Source of the DNA: Octopus bimaculoides
Taxonomy: Eukaryota
DNA: 64,000 nt
NCBI RefSeq assembly: GCF_001194135.2
Contig: NC_068993.1
Location: forward strand, 59,432,935 to 59,496,934
Direction: 5' to 3'
A program made the translations under genes and the position numbers. The number at the start of each line of letters is the position of its first letter. Within the stretch, counting starts at the first letter, position 1. Under the pieces are notes generated by a model that made no database searches, was not told where the DNA came from, and saw only the letters and a list, made by a program, of their open reading frames with translations. Shown piece by piece: positions 36,151 through 50,379 of the stretch.

Positions 36151-38089
36151 GGAAAACATTATCATAAATCTAAAAGGAAATATGTATACACTTAGAGATT
36201 CGTAATTACACGTAGTTTCGTAGTTATTATGTTAACAATTAGTATTATTTAGCCAGGTCTACTCAGTTATGGCTTTTCTGGGAAGAAACAACTACGTAGG
36301 AGCAATGGAACCTCTACGTACTTGTACGATCTGCTAGAAATAGCAGTCAAATTTCCCCCAGATTATACCGTTCAGTCTTGAGATTTGTATTCCTGGATTT
36401 ACAATAAGAGAAGAAATGGGTATAGGGTTATTCTAGTGAAATTCAACAAGGACCTAAAGATCAATTCTTTTAACTCAGGCAATGAAGAAAAAACGCCAAC
36501 CAAAATTTGCGAAAATCCACATCTTGGTGTCTATTTTAAAAGAAATTTTAAGTTTAGGCAGCGATTATTTAATAGCAACAGTTGGTGATCATTCTATCTT
36601 CTCTAATCTTACAGTAAGGTTTGAAATCTTAGCAGAACACATGAATTCACTTAGTGAAATGCTTGTTTTCTTGTGCAATAGTGGGACTAAAAATAGGATA
36701 GTGAAAAATTAGGTGTTTTTTTTCCAATTTTTCAACAAGAATAACTTCTTATCACTAAGTTGAAACTATATAGATCTATATATATATATCCTGAAAATAC
36801 ACCCGATAGTGAGTTTAGAAATGTAAAATACCAATTTTCATCTCCAGAAAATGGCTGAAAACAGAAATTCCCATTTTGGGGGTGGTTTAGAGCCACAGAT
36901 ATCAATGTGCAAACCTGAAAATCCTTCCACATTAATCTCTTGTCTATACAATAACAAAGTGATTAGCAAATGGAGCTTCATACTTTATCATCATCATCAT
37001 TTTCTAACATCTGCCTTCCATGCTAGCATGGGTGGGATGGTTTCACAAGAGCTGGCCAAGTAGAAGCCTGCACCAGACTTCTGTGACTGTTTTGGCAGGA
37101 TTTTTACAGCTGGATGCCTTTCCTAACACCAACCACTCAGCAGAGTGGACTTAGTGGGCTTTTTATGTGGTACAAGCACAGGCGAGGTCAGTTTTGGCAA
37201 GGTTTTTACAGCTGGATGCCTTTTCAAATGCCAACCACTTTACAGTGTGGACTGGGTGCTTTTAAGTGGCACCTGCTCTGACAGGGTCACCAAGTAACTT
37301 GCAAGACAAAAAAATAATAACTTTCAAGAGGGGAGGGGCATTCTAGGAGGTGATTTTTGTGTCGCATGATGAAAGGTTATAGTGAGACAGAGAGACAGAA
37401 ACAAGTGTCTTGCTGTAGAGGAAGTACAAGGTTACCCGGCCGGATAGAGAGAAAGGTGGGTGGGGGGTATGAAGAATGAAGACAGAACCAGGTGTGATTA
37501 TACCTTTATAGATTCTAATCGATGCTACAACGTTATTGACTAAGCCCTTCTCCAAAAATATTTCAGAACTCTGTTCAAATTAGAAATATTTACAAGAACA
37601 CCATTAATTCTCCAGCACCTGTGGTTCCAACGCTATTCTAGATCACTGATTTTCCCATACCAGTGATAGTCCCTATGGTCAAGACACTTCTAATGAAACA
37701 TTAAATTTATATAACTAATGAAATACAGGTGTCTGTACAACAGTGTAAATTAGCGTAGACAATCAGGTGTCTCGAACCATCAGAGTCCGAAAAGCCAGTA
37801 TTTATCAGCCCTAGGTTAGCCGAGGGAAATTAAGGCCACAATTTATTGGAAGTTGTGTAAGCACGTTGACCGTTTCATTATTCCTTCATTGTTGTTTAGC
37901 CCAAGAACACATCCTGGCCATACTGCATTAAAATATTATTTATTTATTACTTTTTATCTGTTATACAGCGCTTGCCAAAATCAGCTGAATGATTACGAAA
38001 CTTTGGTTAACAATAAATCTCTAAATTTGTCCATCTTTATGTTTATAAATATCTTTCTTAATTTTTGTTTCTTCCGTTAAGCAATCCTC

Positions 38090-38167
38090 TGCAACTATTT
38101 CCGGCGAAGTTTTTCCTCTCATGTTAATCGACTTTATCAATGATATATAAAAGAAAAAGAAGTAAGT
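38090..38167 (+). promoter_or_regulatory. Predicted promoter / non-coding exon 1 of ZNF-6 (head-to-head with ZNF-5, about 2 kb apart)
   Basis: atttccggcgaag…aaaagaa|GTAAGT (donor at 38162). Confidence 0.6.
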
Positions 38168-39586
38168 ATTTATAGTGTTTAAATTTCCATTTTCTTTTAT
38201 ATTTTTCTTCCACTTGTACATCTCGTGCCTCTAGAACTACAGTGGGTACAATGGACAAAATTCCTACTCACCCTTTCTATACATACCAAGCACGACCATT
38301 CCCTTAATGTGAGCAATCTTTCCTATTTGCTAATACTTTAACCTTTGATAAATTCACTTCGACGTCTCTCGATTCAGGGCTTTGTTTCCATGCTGCCAAT
38401 TTCTTTTCCAATTCTAGTATAGATTCAGATATAAAAAGTCTGTGATTTGTCCATACCAAACTCTGCCAGATATTTTAAGCATGTCAATATGTATTATTAT
38501 TTTGTAACGATTAAAACCTTTATTACTTGAAAGATTTCCTCGTAGTCATCTCCATTCTTTCAGAAACTAGCCCTACATAGTTTCTAAACCTTAGCTTAAA
38601 TCGTTAGTAATTTTGTGAGTACACATTTTTTAATCCAATCTTCCGTCCGGAACATCAACAATTTGTCCATTTCGTGGACACTCCTTGTTGCCCCTTTAAT
38701 TACTGGTCGGTCATAGCTACTAGTGACCATAAATGACGGACAATCTGTATATGTTTATGTACGATATCAAATATATATATTTATTTATGAACTATAATAT
38801 AAATACACGTAGACAACTAAAAGGTTTTTTTTTTCAGGAAGAGCTTACAGCTATACGTTTTTCGTGCCAGTGACATGTAAAAGACACCCAGTACATTATG
38901 TAAAGTAGTTGGTGTTAGGAAGGGCACTTAGCTGTAGAAACCAAGCCAAAAGAGACAACCGGAGCCTAGTGTAGCTCTCTGGTTTACTAACTCTGGTCAA
39001 ACCTAATCCATGCCAACTCAATATGTATTCTCTACTCTGATATGTATACATGTAAAAATGTAGTGATGTGCAGAACTTCAGTTGTTTAGATAAATGTTTA
39101 CTTCTACAATTTAAAGAAATGAAATAAAATTTCTGCTGTAGAATCTCTACTATGTCAGTCTTCTCCATCTCATACAGTTTCTCTTATCTTTTCAGGGTGC
39201 TAGCTCTTGCTGACATTAAAAGTTATTCACATCCTCGGTACTTATCTTTTTGAGACAATGGAAAATGTTATACAGAACGAATGTAACCAGGTTTATGTAA
39301 ACCTGGTGAATTAAGGTGAAATGTATCCCCTGGATGAGATTATTAGCAACATTTGTGTATGTCGCTGTCTAGAATGAGTAGGAGATAATTTTATGTTTTA
39401 AGTGGACTTAAATATATTTATAAAGGACTTTGCTGCATTGATCACAGTTGATGGACACAGCAGAGGGAATATTTGTGAGAAATAAATTATAAAAACAGAA
39501 AATAAGAAACATTCATATATTGTAGAGAGAAGAAAAATGATGATGAAATGAGTTAAAAGATGGATTTTTTTTTTAATCCTTAAGAG

Positions 39587-40327
39587 ATGGCAAAAAATTT
39601 AGGAAAGTCTTTATATGTATGTGATATCTGTAACAAGTCATTCACTAAACAATATCATCTTACTACTCATATACGTATTCATACAGGAGAGAGACCTTAT
39701 CACTGTGATATCTGTGGGAAATCATTCAGTCAAAGTGGTGAGTTAACTATTCACAAACGTCTTCATACAGGAGAGAAGCCATATCATTGTGATATCTGTG
39801 GTCAGTCGTTCATTCGTAAAGATATTTTAACTACACACAGACGTATTCATACAGGAGAGAAACCTTATCACTGTGATATGTGCAGTAAGTCATTTGCTAA
39901 AAGTACTAACTTAACTGATCACAAACGCATTCATACTGGAGAAAAACCATATCATTGTGATTTCTGTGGTAGATCATTCAATCAAAATAATCAGCTAATT
40001 AAGCACAAACGTATTCATACTGGAGAAAAGCCCTATCACTGTGACATCTGTAACAAATCATTCTCTCGAAATGATGAGTTAACTGCACACAAACACATGC
40101 ATACGGGAGAGAAACCATATCAGTGTGATAGCTGTGGTAAATCATTCCCCCGAAATGGTCAGTTAACTGCACACAAACGCATTCATACTGGAGAAAAACG
40201 ATTTCCTTGTGATATCTGTGGTAAAGCTTTCAATCAAAGTAATGTTTTAAAGGGACACAAACGAACTCATTCTGGGAAAAAAGCATTGATAACACTTGAT
40301 ATAAGTGGTAAGTCCTTTTCTCAATAA
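39587..40327 (+). CDS. C2H2 zinc-finger protein ZNF-6 (246 aa, 8 fingers plus a decayed 9th)
   Basis: Intact fingers 1-8; the 9th lacks both Cys and ends at a stop. Confidence 0.93.
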   Translation: MAKNLGKSLYVCDICNKSFTKQYHLTTHIRIHTGERPYHCDICGKSFSQSGELTIHKRLHTGEKPYHCDICGQSFIRKDILTTHRRIHTGEKPYHCDMCSKSFAKSTNLTDHKRIHTGEKPYHCDFCGRSFNQNNQLIKHKRIHTGEKPYHCDICNKSFSRNDELTAHKHMHTGEKPYQCDSCGKSFPRNGQLTAHKRIHTGEKRFPCDICGKAFNQSNVLKGHKRTHSGKKALITLDISGKSFSQ

Positions 40328-40719
40328 TAGGTCAACTAAGCACAAAAGTAGTGGCATCAAGAAAACTATATCACTAATAGTTGTTTAAACCATTCTCTTA
40401 GTAGACTTAACTCTTCACATCTGTATTGCATGAAAGAAACCAACTCAGTGATGTTTGTGGTATTTCTCTCATATACATGTATGTTCATACCAAAGCATGA
40501 CAACCAAACAATTCTTCCTAGTATAAGAATAAGCCTGAAAGTCTTGTGGGGCTGGTTGATGACATTAACCCCAGTGTTCAACTGGTACTTATTTTATCAA
40601 CCTTGAAAGGATGAGAAGCAAAGTCACTCTTGGTGAAGTTTGAACTCAGAACATGGACAAAGTGACAACTAAGTAATAATGAATTAATGAACCAAAATAT
40701 TTCATATTATAATCATATA

Positions 40720-41482
40720 TAGGGTGCGGTGAATATATTGTTGGCTAAATTACACAAAACGAACATAACACTGACATCTCATTTTAACATACCAAAATTA
40801 TACAAAAATATCTTGATATACTAAAGAGTAAATTTATTCAATAAAGTCGCCTTTAGCTTCAGCCATGACCTCCAGATGACTTTGGAATCTCCTGCAACTC
40901 TTCTGGATAGTCTCCTTGTTTAAGTTGGCGAATGCTGCCATAATCCTTGCCTTCAGTTCATCTTTGGTGTTACAAGGAGTTTTGTTGGTCTCTCACTCAA
41001 CTGTGCATCATAAATAATCAAGAGGGTTGCAGTCTTAGAGCCTTGACTGGGTTTTCTTCTTGTGTAGCGTAGTGTGGAGTCCTGTTGCCAGACATAAGGT
41101 TTTTCAGCACCTACCCTCTTGACCCAGAGCAGCACTACCTCCTCCAAGCACTTGATGTAAGCCTCCATGTTGAGTCTGAGGCCATGTGGGAAGACGAATG
41201 GAGGCATAATGTCATCATCACTAGTGATCACTCCAAGTACCATCATGTTGACTGGATGTGATTTTATCATTCTCAGTACATGTCTTCAGATTGACACCCA
41301 AACACTCTGAACTGTTATTATTGGAGCTTCTGAAATTTCTAGCAGAATGAATTGCATCATGGCACTATTTTTCTCACAGGCTGTGCCCAACTGACCCTAC
41401 TATACTGTATAATTGACAACAGCAAACAATGTGTGAAATTAAAAATATAAAATGGTGATAATTTACCCATTCCACCCTGTAC
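40720..41482 (-). mobile_element. Internally deleted Tc1/mariner (maT/DD37D-like) transposon
   Basis: ORF 40953..41270: MVLGVITSD…MPPFVFPHGLRLN…YIKCLEEVV…PYVWQQDS (DDD catalytic region). TA-(c/t)agggtg termini at both ends. Confidence 0.8.
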
Positions 41483-42436
41483 ATCTTGATGGTAAATTCA
41501 TATTTTATGTGTGTTATGTATATTCTTGTTTTTTATATATAATATTTATTTCATTAAGGAACTAGTTCTGTTAGTAACATTTATAGTTTTTTTGCCTGGC
41601 ATGGACTTTGTGACTTTATGGTGAAACTTAATTTTCATTCTTGTCACTGTGGTCTTTACATAAAAGCAAAAATTGGTGGAGCAATTTTTTTTTATTATCG
41701 TTGTCCATGTTTTTATGTTGATTGTTAATGCTGGAATGTATTGGAGCACATTTTCTCAAACATTTTGTCATTTCAACTGTAAATCTCAAATTCCAGGGTT
41801 CGGACTGCACCAATCTTTGTGAATATTCATAACAATTTGAAATCTAAATAAAGTTGGTTTTCTCTTATATTCTTCTTCTCTTATTTTATATTTGGAACAT
41901 CTAATCAAGTCTCTGCTATAAATTCTGCACATAACTTGCTAACTGGATCAATGTATGATGAAAGCTGCACATTTTCTAAACTGATTTTCACCGATTCTTT
42001 ACTTTAAAGCTATTTAATTTATTGACACTATTTGATAGAAGATATGATCTGATGTGAATGAGATGTAAATAATAGGATGATATTGTAGATGAAATGGTGA
42101 TGTTGGTGGCTTTGTAGTGGAAATGTGATATAGGTTGATGAGAGCCAAGTTAGAGGCTGTCTAAGGACAAGATAGTTCCCATTTTCAGATAATGTTAAAA
42201 TGTGATAATCATCATTTCACATACATTTCAAACACATATTGTTATATAGAAACTTATATGCTATTCATATCAAGAACAAACAACTTAACACAGTATCTGT
42301 GTATATAAGATAGCCCTGCAATTTTTAGAAACAGAATAACTGAATTACTGGAAATCTTATTTCTTTTGGTGAATGCTGTTAGCATCGTGTGAAAAATAAT
42401 TTGGATAGACAACATTTCTCATTCATCATCATCTTT

Positions 42437-42730
42437 ACCAGTCCCACTGTGTGTCAACTTGGGCAAGTGTCTTCTACTATAGCCTTGGGCCGACCAAAGC
42501 CTTGTGAGTGGATTTGTTAGATGGAAACTGAAAGAAGCTCGTCCCATATTTATATATGTATGTGTGTGTTTGTCCACCCCCATCACTTGACAACCGATGC
42601 TGGTATGTATGTTTATGTCCCTGTAACCTAGCAGTTTGGCAAAAGAGATAGAATAAGTGCTAGGCTTACAAAGAATAAGTCCTGGATTTGATTTGCTTGA
42701 TTGAAGGCAGTGCTCCAACATGGCCGCATT
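42437..42730 (+). mobile_element. 5'-truncated tRNA-head SINE
   Basis: Matches the body of 3728-4110. Confidence 0.75.
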
Positions 42731-43719
42731 CAAAATGTGTTTCTTTAGTAAGCTAAAGTAATCAACAATCATTCATTATCGGATAATTTGAGATTTTTAA
42801 GTATATTATTAATTATTGAGAAAGAAATTTGTTAGCTCCAAAACCTTTCAGGTAGTTTCATCAGGGTAAACTGTTTCTATCCAATTTAGCTAATTATTTC
42901 TCAGTATTAATGAACAGCATTTTAAATTTCACACGTGTATTAAAGCTTTATTGTTTGGAAAATGGTGAATTAAAGTTATTTGGGATACTTCATTCTTAAA
43001 TTTGTTCTGGCAGAAATTTGTCAGTCCATGTTGTACTTTGGGGTCTAAGCAAACATTACAAGTCAAGGTAGGGGTACTTTGTGCAGGGCGTTTGGGTATC
43101 CAGAATTCTGGAGTTACCATTAGTAAACATTGTGGCTTTCCATAGTATATATGCATGTTATACAAAATGTTGGTAATTATACTTCATAAATTTGAAGTTA
43201 TAAATTCTCTTATCCAAATCAGTTTCTCATCTTAAAATTTGGGGTGGGTTGGTGATGGAGGGTGAAATTTCATTGTTTTTGCTTTTAAAAATTGCCGACT
43301 CAGAATCATGATTTTCAAATTTTAATTTTAAGTCAACACAAACATATTAGGTTATGTTTAAAAATGCGATGTTTTTTTTTTTTTATTATTTTCACATAAG
43401 TTTATATTCTTGAATATGTTTAACAAATCTTCATCTGCTGTAAGCGTTAGAGATTATCATTTTAGCGAAATCAGAAAGGGAGAAATGCGAACAACGCAAG
43501 TATAATTTGAAATTGGGGGCCAGGCTAGCCCTAGCGGTAATTTGAAATCGACTTTAGATGACCGGGTGGTAACTTGAAATGCAGAGCAAGTTGAAGTCTT
43601 TACACCGGGCTATCAATCGGAATGATTACGAAACTGTGGTTAACAATAAATATCTGAGTGTATCCAGATTCTCCTTTTCTATTTTATGTTAATTGCATTC
43701 TTTCCCTGGTTTCGCTGTT

Positions 43720-43809
43720 TCCCACCAAATGTCTGCTACAACAATTTCCAAAGATGTCATATTGTTAAGTCAAGTGAATTAACATTATGTAAAGAAAACA
43801 TCAGTGAGT
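43720..43809 (+). promoter_or_regulatory. Predicted promoter / exon 1 module of ZNF-7
   Basis: Degenerate ttccc/atttcc motifs and aca|GTGAGTATTTATAG-type donor at 43804; near-identical copy at 51105-51197. Confidence 0.5.
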
Positions 43810-45507
43810 ATTTATAGTATTCAAAACTACATAAAATATTTTCAAGCGGAGTTTCGGAATACCACATCGAGAAGAAAAGGGGGCAAAGAATTGGAAGGCG
43901 ATTCTTTTTGGCATTCCTGTATTTCAGACTGCGGAAATTACGATTCTGGAAGAAGTTTCATTTTAATTTCAGTTTATAGATATATATATATACGTTTTCT
44001 TTTTTATTTACCCCTTCCCTCAATTTTCTTCCCCATGCAGTACTGTTAGCTATTCTGAAACTCCAGCATTCTCAATATTTCATTTCATTTTTGAAATTTT
44101 AACTCTGTAGATTTCTTTTCCATCCATAGCTACACCTCGTACACCGCACAGAAATCGCACCCACTCATTTTCTATATTCTCTGGTAATTATATCGATGGG
44201 AATAGGGTTTTCTATTTACTCATACATTAATTTTTGTTAACTTCATTCTAATGTCTGTCGATTGTTTCCATGCTTGAAAGGGAATAGAGTATCAGAATAA
44301 GCGGGTACCCCTTAGCAGCTGGCCTTAAAGTTTTTTGTTAGGGCTTAGAGAACTATAATGAACAGAAACTGAAGAGAGAGTCCTGGTGCACTCCCATCTG
44401 AATTCATAGCTATACTCTTTTGTTAAATCTTATTTTGCTGACTTTATCCCTATACATCGTTTGTGTAGCTCTCACAAGGCATTATTCATCTATTCCAAAT
44501 GTCTTCGATGTTCACCAGACCACAACTATGAACCCTAGGTATAGGGACTAATTCATGGCTAGATACTTCTCAGTTTTGTCACTACAAGACAGTATTAGTA
44601 CTTCGTTGATACAATTCCAAAGTGCATTGCGTTTATGTTTAGTTTCTTGCTAGAATTCTTTCTGTAATCTTCATTGCGTAATCCAACAGTTTATTAAATG
44701 AAAGATTCCCCCGTGGTCATCTTTTTCTTTCAATGTCAGGAAATGTTTCTAGTCCTATTTTGAATTGGTAGTAGTTTTATGGGTAAACATTTTTTTTTTT
44801 ATCTGATCATCCATTTAGAACCCAAACTATTTCACCATTTCCTGGATAGTCCATATTACTTTTTGCTATTATTATTGCCTCTATGTCGGCCATAGCATTC
44901 AGTGGGACAACTGTAAATTATGTGATCCTATTTACAATTTTTAAACAACGATGAACATCATGACGATATGTATATCTCTGCTCTGTTATGTCTGATATAA
45001 TGTTGTGATACTTTGGATAGATTCAGTTATATTCTGCACCTTATCACCATAGAAATATAAATTTTTTGTTGTTCACGCTGTACTGTTTAACTATTCTTTA
45101 CATCTTATTCTGTTTCTCTATCATTTCAGGTCCTTGATGAAACTGGTATCAAAATATTATTTTACATCAGAAGCATCATCAATATTTATCAGCTTTTAAA
45201 GATAAAGGAAGATTCTATATAAGAAATATGATACTTGTATAAATCTGAGGAAGTATGGCAAATTTTTTCAGTCTCTGTCTGGAAGGTCACTGTCTGGAAT
45301 GAGAAAAAAATTCTGCATTCTAAATAAATATATTTATAAATTACTTTACATCATCTTCAGATATTGGTAAAGACTGCAGTTGATGGGAATATAATTGAAG
45401 GAATACTTGTTAAAAATAATTTATAAAAAGAAAAGCAAGTGTGGAGAAATAAGAAAAATGATAATAAAATGAGTTAGAAGATTGATTTACATTTTTATCC
45501 TTCAGAA

Positions 45508-46449
45508 ATGGCCAAAAAATTAGGAAAGTCTTCATATGAATGTGATATCTGTAAAAAGTTATTCACTACAAAAGGTCATCTTACTACTCATATACGTATA
45601 CATACAGGAGAGAAACCATATCACTGTGATATCTGTGGTAGATCATTCTCTCGAACTGATGAATTAACCACTCACAAACGTGTTCATACAGGAGAGAAAC
45701 CATATAAATGTGATATCTGTGGTCAATCATTTACACGTAGAGATATTTTAACCACACACAGACGTATTCACACAGGAGAGAAACCATATCAGTGTGATAT
45801 GTGTAGTAAATCATTCTCCAAACGTAATAATTTAGCTGATCATAAACGCATTCATACTGGAGAAAAACCATATCAGTGTGATTTTTGTGGTAGATCATTC
45901 AATCAAAATAATCAGCTAATTAAACACAAACGTATTCATACAGGAGAAAAGCCCTATCACTGTGATGTCTGTGACAAATCATTCTCTCGAAATGATAAGC
46001 TAACTGCTCACAAACACATTCATACAGGAGAGAAACCATATCAGTGTGATACCTGTGGTAAATCATTCCCTCGAAATAGTGCCTTAACTGATCATAAACG
46101 CATTCATACTGGAGAAAAACGATTCCATTGTGGTGTTTGTGGTAAAGCATTTGTTCAAAGTAATGTTTTAAAGGGACATATTCGCATTCATACAGGAGAA
46201 AAACCGTATCCTTGTGATATCTGTGGTAAAGCATTTGCTCAGAGTACTGATGTAACTGTTCACAAACGTATTCACACTAAAGAAAAGCCATATCATTGTG
46301 ATATTTGTGGTAAAGCATTCTCTCGCAGAAATTATCTAGCTAAGCACAAAAGTATTCATACAGCTTCAAGACTGCATCACTGTAATATCTGTGATAAATC
46401 ATTCCCTCAGCATGATGATTTAACTAATCACACATGTATTCCTACATGA
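45508..46449 (+). CDS. C2H2 zinc-finger protein ZNF-7 (313 aa, 11 fingers)
   Basis: Intact ORF; tandem paralogue of ZNF-8. Confidence 0.95.
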   Translation: MAKKLGKSSYECDICKKLFTTKGHLTTHIRIHTGEKPYHCDICGRSFSRTDELTTHKRVHTGEKPYKCDICGQSFTRRDILTTHRRIHTGEKPYQCDMCSKSFSKRNNLADHKRIHTGEKPYQCDFCGRSFNQNNQLIKHKRIHTGEKPYHCDVCDKSFSRNDKLTAHKHIHTGEKPYQCDTCGKSFPRNSALTDHKRIHTGEKRFHCGVCGKAFVQSNVLKGHIRIHTGEKPYPCDICGKAFAQSTDVTVHKRIHTKEKPYHCDICGKAFSRRNYLAKHKSIHTASRLHHCNICDKSFPQHDDLTNHTCIPT

Positions 46450-48358
46450 GAAACAAAAACACATCATTGATTTTTCCAGTAATCATTCTCACTAAAACGT
46501 TTCATATATTCATATGAAAGCAGACACTCCTATCATACTTGTATGCATGTTATGTACATTCTTTGGGAATATTATGTACGATTTGACTGAAGACCAGCGA
46601 ACCAGATGGCTGCACCAGGCTCCAATCTGATCTGGCAGAGTTTCTACAGTTGGATGCCCTTCCTAATGCCAACCACTCCGAGAGTGTAGTGGGTGCTTTT
46701 ACAGTCAGGCGGTACTGGCAACGGCCATGCTCAAAATGGTCTTTTTTACATGCCACCTGCACAGGAGTCAGTCCAGCGGCACTGGCAACAACCTCGCTCG
46801 AATGCTTTTTTACGTAGCCAGTAAGGCGACGCTGGTAACAATCACACTCAAATAGCGCTATTTACATGCCACTGGCACGGAAGCCAGACAGCTGCTCTAG
46901 CAATGATCACGTTCGGACGGTGCTGTTAGCGCTCCACTGGCACAGGTGCCAATCATCGAATTTGGTTCAATTACGATTTCGATTTCACTTGNNNNNNNNN
47001 NGCTCCACTGGCACAGGTGCCAATCATCGAATTTGGTTCAATTACTATTTCGATTTCACTTGCCCCAACGGGTCTTCACAAGCAGAGTTTAGTGTCCAAT
47101 GAAGGAGAGGTTGACATGGGTGTATTATTTATTTATTTATATGTTGTAATTGTGTATTATTACTTGATTAGAGAATATAATAAAAGTGAAAGAATTTTAT
47201 CCTATTTATTTCAATTGTTCACCTGTTAATATTTGTTTGTTGTAATTGCATATTATTACTTGGTTTGAGAATATTATAAAATTAAAAGGATTTTGTCTAT
47301 TCATTTATTTTGACCGTCAACCTGCAACAGTGATTAAATTGCCTTCGTACATTGAACACAAGGAATATCCAATACCAAACAATCTTAATCTCCATATTTA
47401 AACTGCATTAAACTTTGCCAAGCTTACCTTTACCTATTCCGAGTTACTTGAAAGGTAATGTTCCCTTCCCTCTCTTCTAATTGTTGATACCTTTGTTTAC
47501 CTACCAATGTGTTGTTTCACTTTAAGGATGCTTATTTACGCATACATCATGATATTTCGAATGCAACATCTTTTCACTGAACTATTAAAGATTCAAAACA
47601 GTATTCATGAACTCAAGCCAAACACTTCATGTCTTCCATTTTTCATTACCTGAAGTCACTTTCAGACTGGTCTTACACTGTAAGCACATAGCAAATACAT
47701 TCTTTTAACTCTTCTTTTTCAAGTATGTATTATATTGCCATTTTTGAACTTACCAGAAAAATAGCTCCCTTTGCTGTTGAATAAAATAAACTTGCAGAGA
47801 GGAAGTTTCAATGTCTTCCTTCCATCTCCTAACACCATTTACGTGGCTGTTTCTGACAAGAAATTTCGCTTTCATGTAAAACAACCATATTTTATAGCCA
47901 TTATCCGTAATTTACTTCCAAAACACTTCAGTAGTTCTACTTTGCAGCGCTTGCAAACATATGTTCTGTGATCATTAAAGTGCAGTGACCTCCACAATAA
48001 CCTGTCTTTAATTTGGTTTTCTGTTCTTAGGTTAATCGGACACATAGATTGCTGTGCTACTCATAACCCTTCTTGGTAGTTCAGTTATTTGGTGAAAAAA
48101 ATACCAGTAAAGCAACTTAAACCATCCAAAGGATGGGTGGGTTTGCTAGTAGTGTTACAAATAAAGCTCTTTTGACAAATTAATACTCAACAAAAGGGGG
48201 TTTCATAATTCAAGTCAGCAATACCTTTTGTTTGGTAATTATGAGGGAGAGAATGGCAAAAGATAATTTCATAGAAATAAATATGGTGGTGATGATGAAA
48301 TATTTTGTGGAACTTGATGGCAGTGTTGTATGTATGTATGTATATATATATATATGTG

Positions 48359-48389
<31 letters not shown>

Positions 48390-48439
48390 TATTAAGTGAA
48401 AGTAGTTTTGATTGAGGATTGTTTATTTTGGGAGTCTTT

Positions 48440-48793
48440 CATGATTTATGAATGGCCAAAGTTTAGAGAGCTCTTACCCCTGCTGGCGACAAAGGGACTC
48501 TCACTCAGAGTAAAAGGCAGACTGTATGACGCATGCGTACGAACAGCCATGCTACATGGCAGTGAAACATGGGCTGTAACTGCTGAGGACATACGTAAGC
48601 TCGCAAGGAATGAAGCCAGTATGCTCCGTTGGATGTGTAATGTCAATGTGAATACCCGTCAGAGTGTAAGTATCTTGAGAGAAAAGCTGAACATTAGAAG
48701 CATCAGTTGTGGCGTGCAAGAGAGACGATTGCGCTGGTATGGACATGTGGTGAGAATGGATGAGGATAGCTGCGTGAAAAAGTGCCACACCCT
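48440..48793 (+). mobile_element. RTE LINE ORF2 C-terminal fragment (runs into N gap)
   Basis: WPKFRELLPLLATKGLSLRVKGRLYDACVRTAMLHGSETWA…RRLRWYGHVVRM. Confidence 0.9.
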
Positions 48794-50103
48794 NNNNNNN
48801 NNNNNNNNNNNNNNNNNNNNNNNNNNNNNNNNNNNNNNNNNNNNNNNNNNNNNNNNNNNNNNNNNNNNNNNNNNNNNNNNNNNNNNNNNNNNNNNNNNNN
48901 NNNNNNNNNNNNNNNNNNNNNNNNNNNNNNNNNNNNNNNNNNNNNNNNNNNNNNNNNNNNNNNNNNNNNNNNNNNNNNNNNNNNNNNNNNNNNNNNNNNN
49001 NNNNNNNNNNNNNNNNNNNNNNNNNNNNNNNNNNNNNNNNNNNNNNNNNNNNNNNNNNNNNNNNNNNNNNNNNNNNNNNNNNNNNNNNNNNNNNNNNNNN
49101 NNNNNNNNNNNNNNNNNNNNNNNNNNNNNNNNNNNNNNNNNNNNNNNNNNNNNNNNNNNNNNNNNNNNNNNNNNNNNNNNNNNNNNNNNNNNNNNNNNNN
49201 NNNNNNNNNNNNNNNNNNNNNNNNNNNNNNNNNNNNNNNNNNNNNNNNNNNNNNNNNNNNNNNNNNNNNNNNNNNNNNNNNNNNNNNNNNNNNNNNNNNN
49301 NNNNNNNNNNNNNNNNNNNNNNNNNNNNNNNNNNNNNNNNNNNNNNNNNNNNNNNNNNNNNNNNNNNNNNNNNNNNNNNNNNNNNNNNNNNNNNNNNNNN
49401 NNNNNNNNNNNNNNNNNNNNNNNNNNNNNNNNNNNNNNNNNNNNNNNNNNNNNNNNNNNNNNNNNNNNNNNNNNNNNNNNNNNNNNNNNNNNNNNNNNNN
49501 NNNNNNNNNNNNNNNNNNNNNNNNNNNNNNNNNNNNNNNNNNNNNNNNNNNNNNNNNNNNNGAGGACTGGTGAAACCGGATGGCAACACCAGGCTCCAGT
49601 CTAATTTGGCAGAGTTTCTACAGCTGGATGTCCTTCCTAACGCCAACCACTCAGAGAGTGTAGTGGGTGCTTTTACGTGTCACCCGCACGAAAACGGCCA
49701 CGCTCGAAATGGTGTCTTTTATGTGCCACCCGCACAAGCCAGTCCAGGGGCACTGGCAATGATCTCGCTCGAAAATCCTACGGGAGCCAGTCAGGCGGTA
49801 CTGGCAACGGCCACGCTCAAAATGGTGCATCTCATGTGCCACCCACACAAGAACCAGTCCAGGGACACTGGCAACGATCTTACTTGGCTTGCCGGGTCAA
49901 GCCAATTAGTGATAAGACATTAATAAATCTTATCCAGTTCTGAATTAACTGTATTGAATAGGGATCGAAGGTCCTGGTGACTAATAAAAATTGTAGACTC
50001 ATCAGCAAAATGTAGAAAATTTAATAAATTTGTAGACTTGTACATATCATTTATATAGATAAGGAACAGTAATGGGCCCATAGAGGTCTAGCTTTATAGT
50101 TAG

Positions 50104-50357
50104 TTGGCACTCTGTTGCGTACGTCATCGAGGGTTCCAGTTGATCCGATCAACGGAACACCCTGCTCATAAAATTAACGTGCAAATGGTTGAGCACTCCA
50201 CAGACATGTGTACCCTTCAGATAGTTCTCAGGGATTTCCAGTGTGACAAGGCTGACCATTTTGAAATACAGGTACAACAGAAATAGGAAGTAAGAGTGAG
50301 AGAATCTGGGAATCGAAACCACGATCCTATGACTGCGAGTCCACTGCCCTAACCACT
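50104..50357 (-). mobile_element. tRNA-head SINE (family of 25688-26036)
   Basis: Reverse complement of the 25.7 kb copy with an internal deletion. Confidence 0.75.
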
Positions 50358-50379
50358 AGGCCATTACGCCTCCACAGAT

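Noticed and set aside
46930-47062. 60-bp direct repeat flanking a 10-N gap
   Set aside because: Typical unmerged contig overlap; likely an assembly artefact.
2108-49646. Long ORFs spanning N runs (2108..2642, 13379..13706, 17867..18142, 20314..21319, 35022..35260, 48396..49646)
   Set aside because: Artefacts of assembly gaps and (TA)n repeats; only the RTE-derived parts are real.
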